Below, in pieces: positions 63,655 to 64,000 of a DNA stretch of 64,000 bases (position 1 is its first letter; each line of letters begins with the position of its first letter). The position numbers were made by a program, and so were the translations under genes. A model generated the notes under the pieces. The model searched no databases. It was not told the origin of the DNA and was given only the letters and a program-made list of their open reading frames with translations. Where the stretch lies: positions 1 to 64,000 of the forward strand of contig NIVC01000556.1 in assembly GCA_002269645.1 (NCBI GenBank), read 5' to 3'. This stretch comes from Macrostomum lignano (lineage: Eukaryota).

Positions 63655-64000
63655 TCCCCTCCGATCTTCCCCTGTCTGATTCACCCTCCAATCTGCCCCT
63701 GTCTGATTCCCCCTCCAATCTGCCCCTGTCTGATTCCCCCTCCGATCTTCCCCTGTCTGATTCACCCTCCAATCTGCCCCTGTCTGATTCCCCCTCCAAT
63801 CTGCCCCTGTCTGATTCCCCCTCCGATCTTCCCCTGTTTGATTCACCCTCCGATCTTCCCCTGTCTGATTCCCCCTCCGATCCTCCCCTGTCTGATTCCC
63901 TCTACGATCCTCCCCTGTCTAATTCCCCCTACGATCCTCCCCTGTCTGATTCCCCCTACGATCCTCCCCTGTCTGATTCCCCCTCCGATCTTCCCCTGTC
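63655..64000. repeat. 27-bp minisatellite (CCCCCTCCGATCTTCCCCTGTCTGATT) in PI3K intron 3
   Basis: Tandem copies to the window end. Confidence 0.95.

Overview
Repeat-rich metazoan nuclear DNA with GT-AG introns and AT-rich spacers. The architecture resembles free-living flatworms such as Macrostomum, but that is inference only. Host genes reconstructed by hand: (1) a 3-exon, 207-aa secreted protein on the minus strand (5874-7583) carrying a Hedgehog/M15-type zinc-peptidase signature and resembling, from memory, actinobacterial/fungal proteins, so a candidate domesticated horizontal transfer; (2) a neuropeptide precursor (9129-9518) predicted to yield pQFSLSPGFPAI-amide (GnRH/AKH-like); (3) a 2-exon class A peptide GPCR with degenerate activation motifs (20242-22963); (4) TAF9; (5) an intronless, probably beta-propeller gene of about 1540 codons, split by a -1 frameshift / TGATG overlap (45836-50466); (6) a 4-exon pyruvate dehydrogenase kinase; (7) the first three coding exons of a class II PI3K. 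Mobile DNA: a decayed intron-containing hAT transposase, a hAT MITE with an 8-bp TSD, an internally deleted P-element/THAP remnant, two copies of a tRNA-derived SINE, a TTAA-flanked foldback element, and three adjacent dead LINEs. The LINEs are an Ingi-like element with a 5' HDV-like ribozyme fold, a 2A StopGo motif and PHD fingers; an RTE; and a Loa/R1-like element. More than 20 micro/minisatellite arrays are present, and most long ORFs in the supplied track are translations of these repeats.
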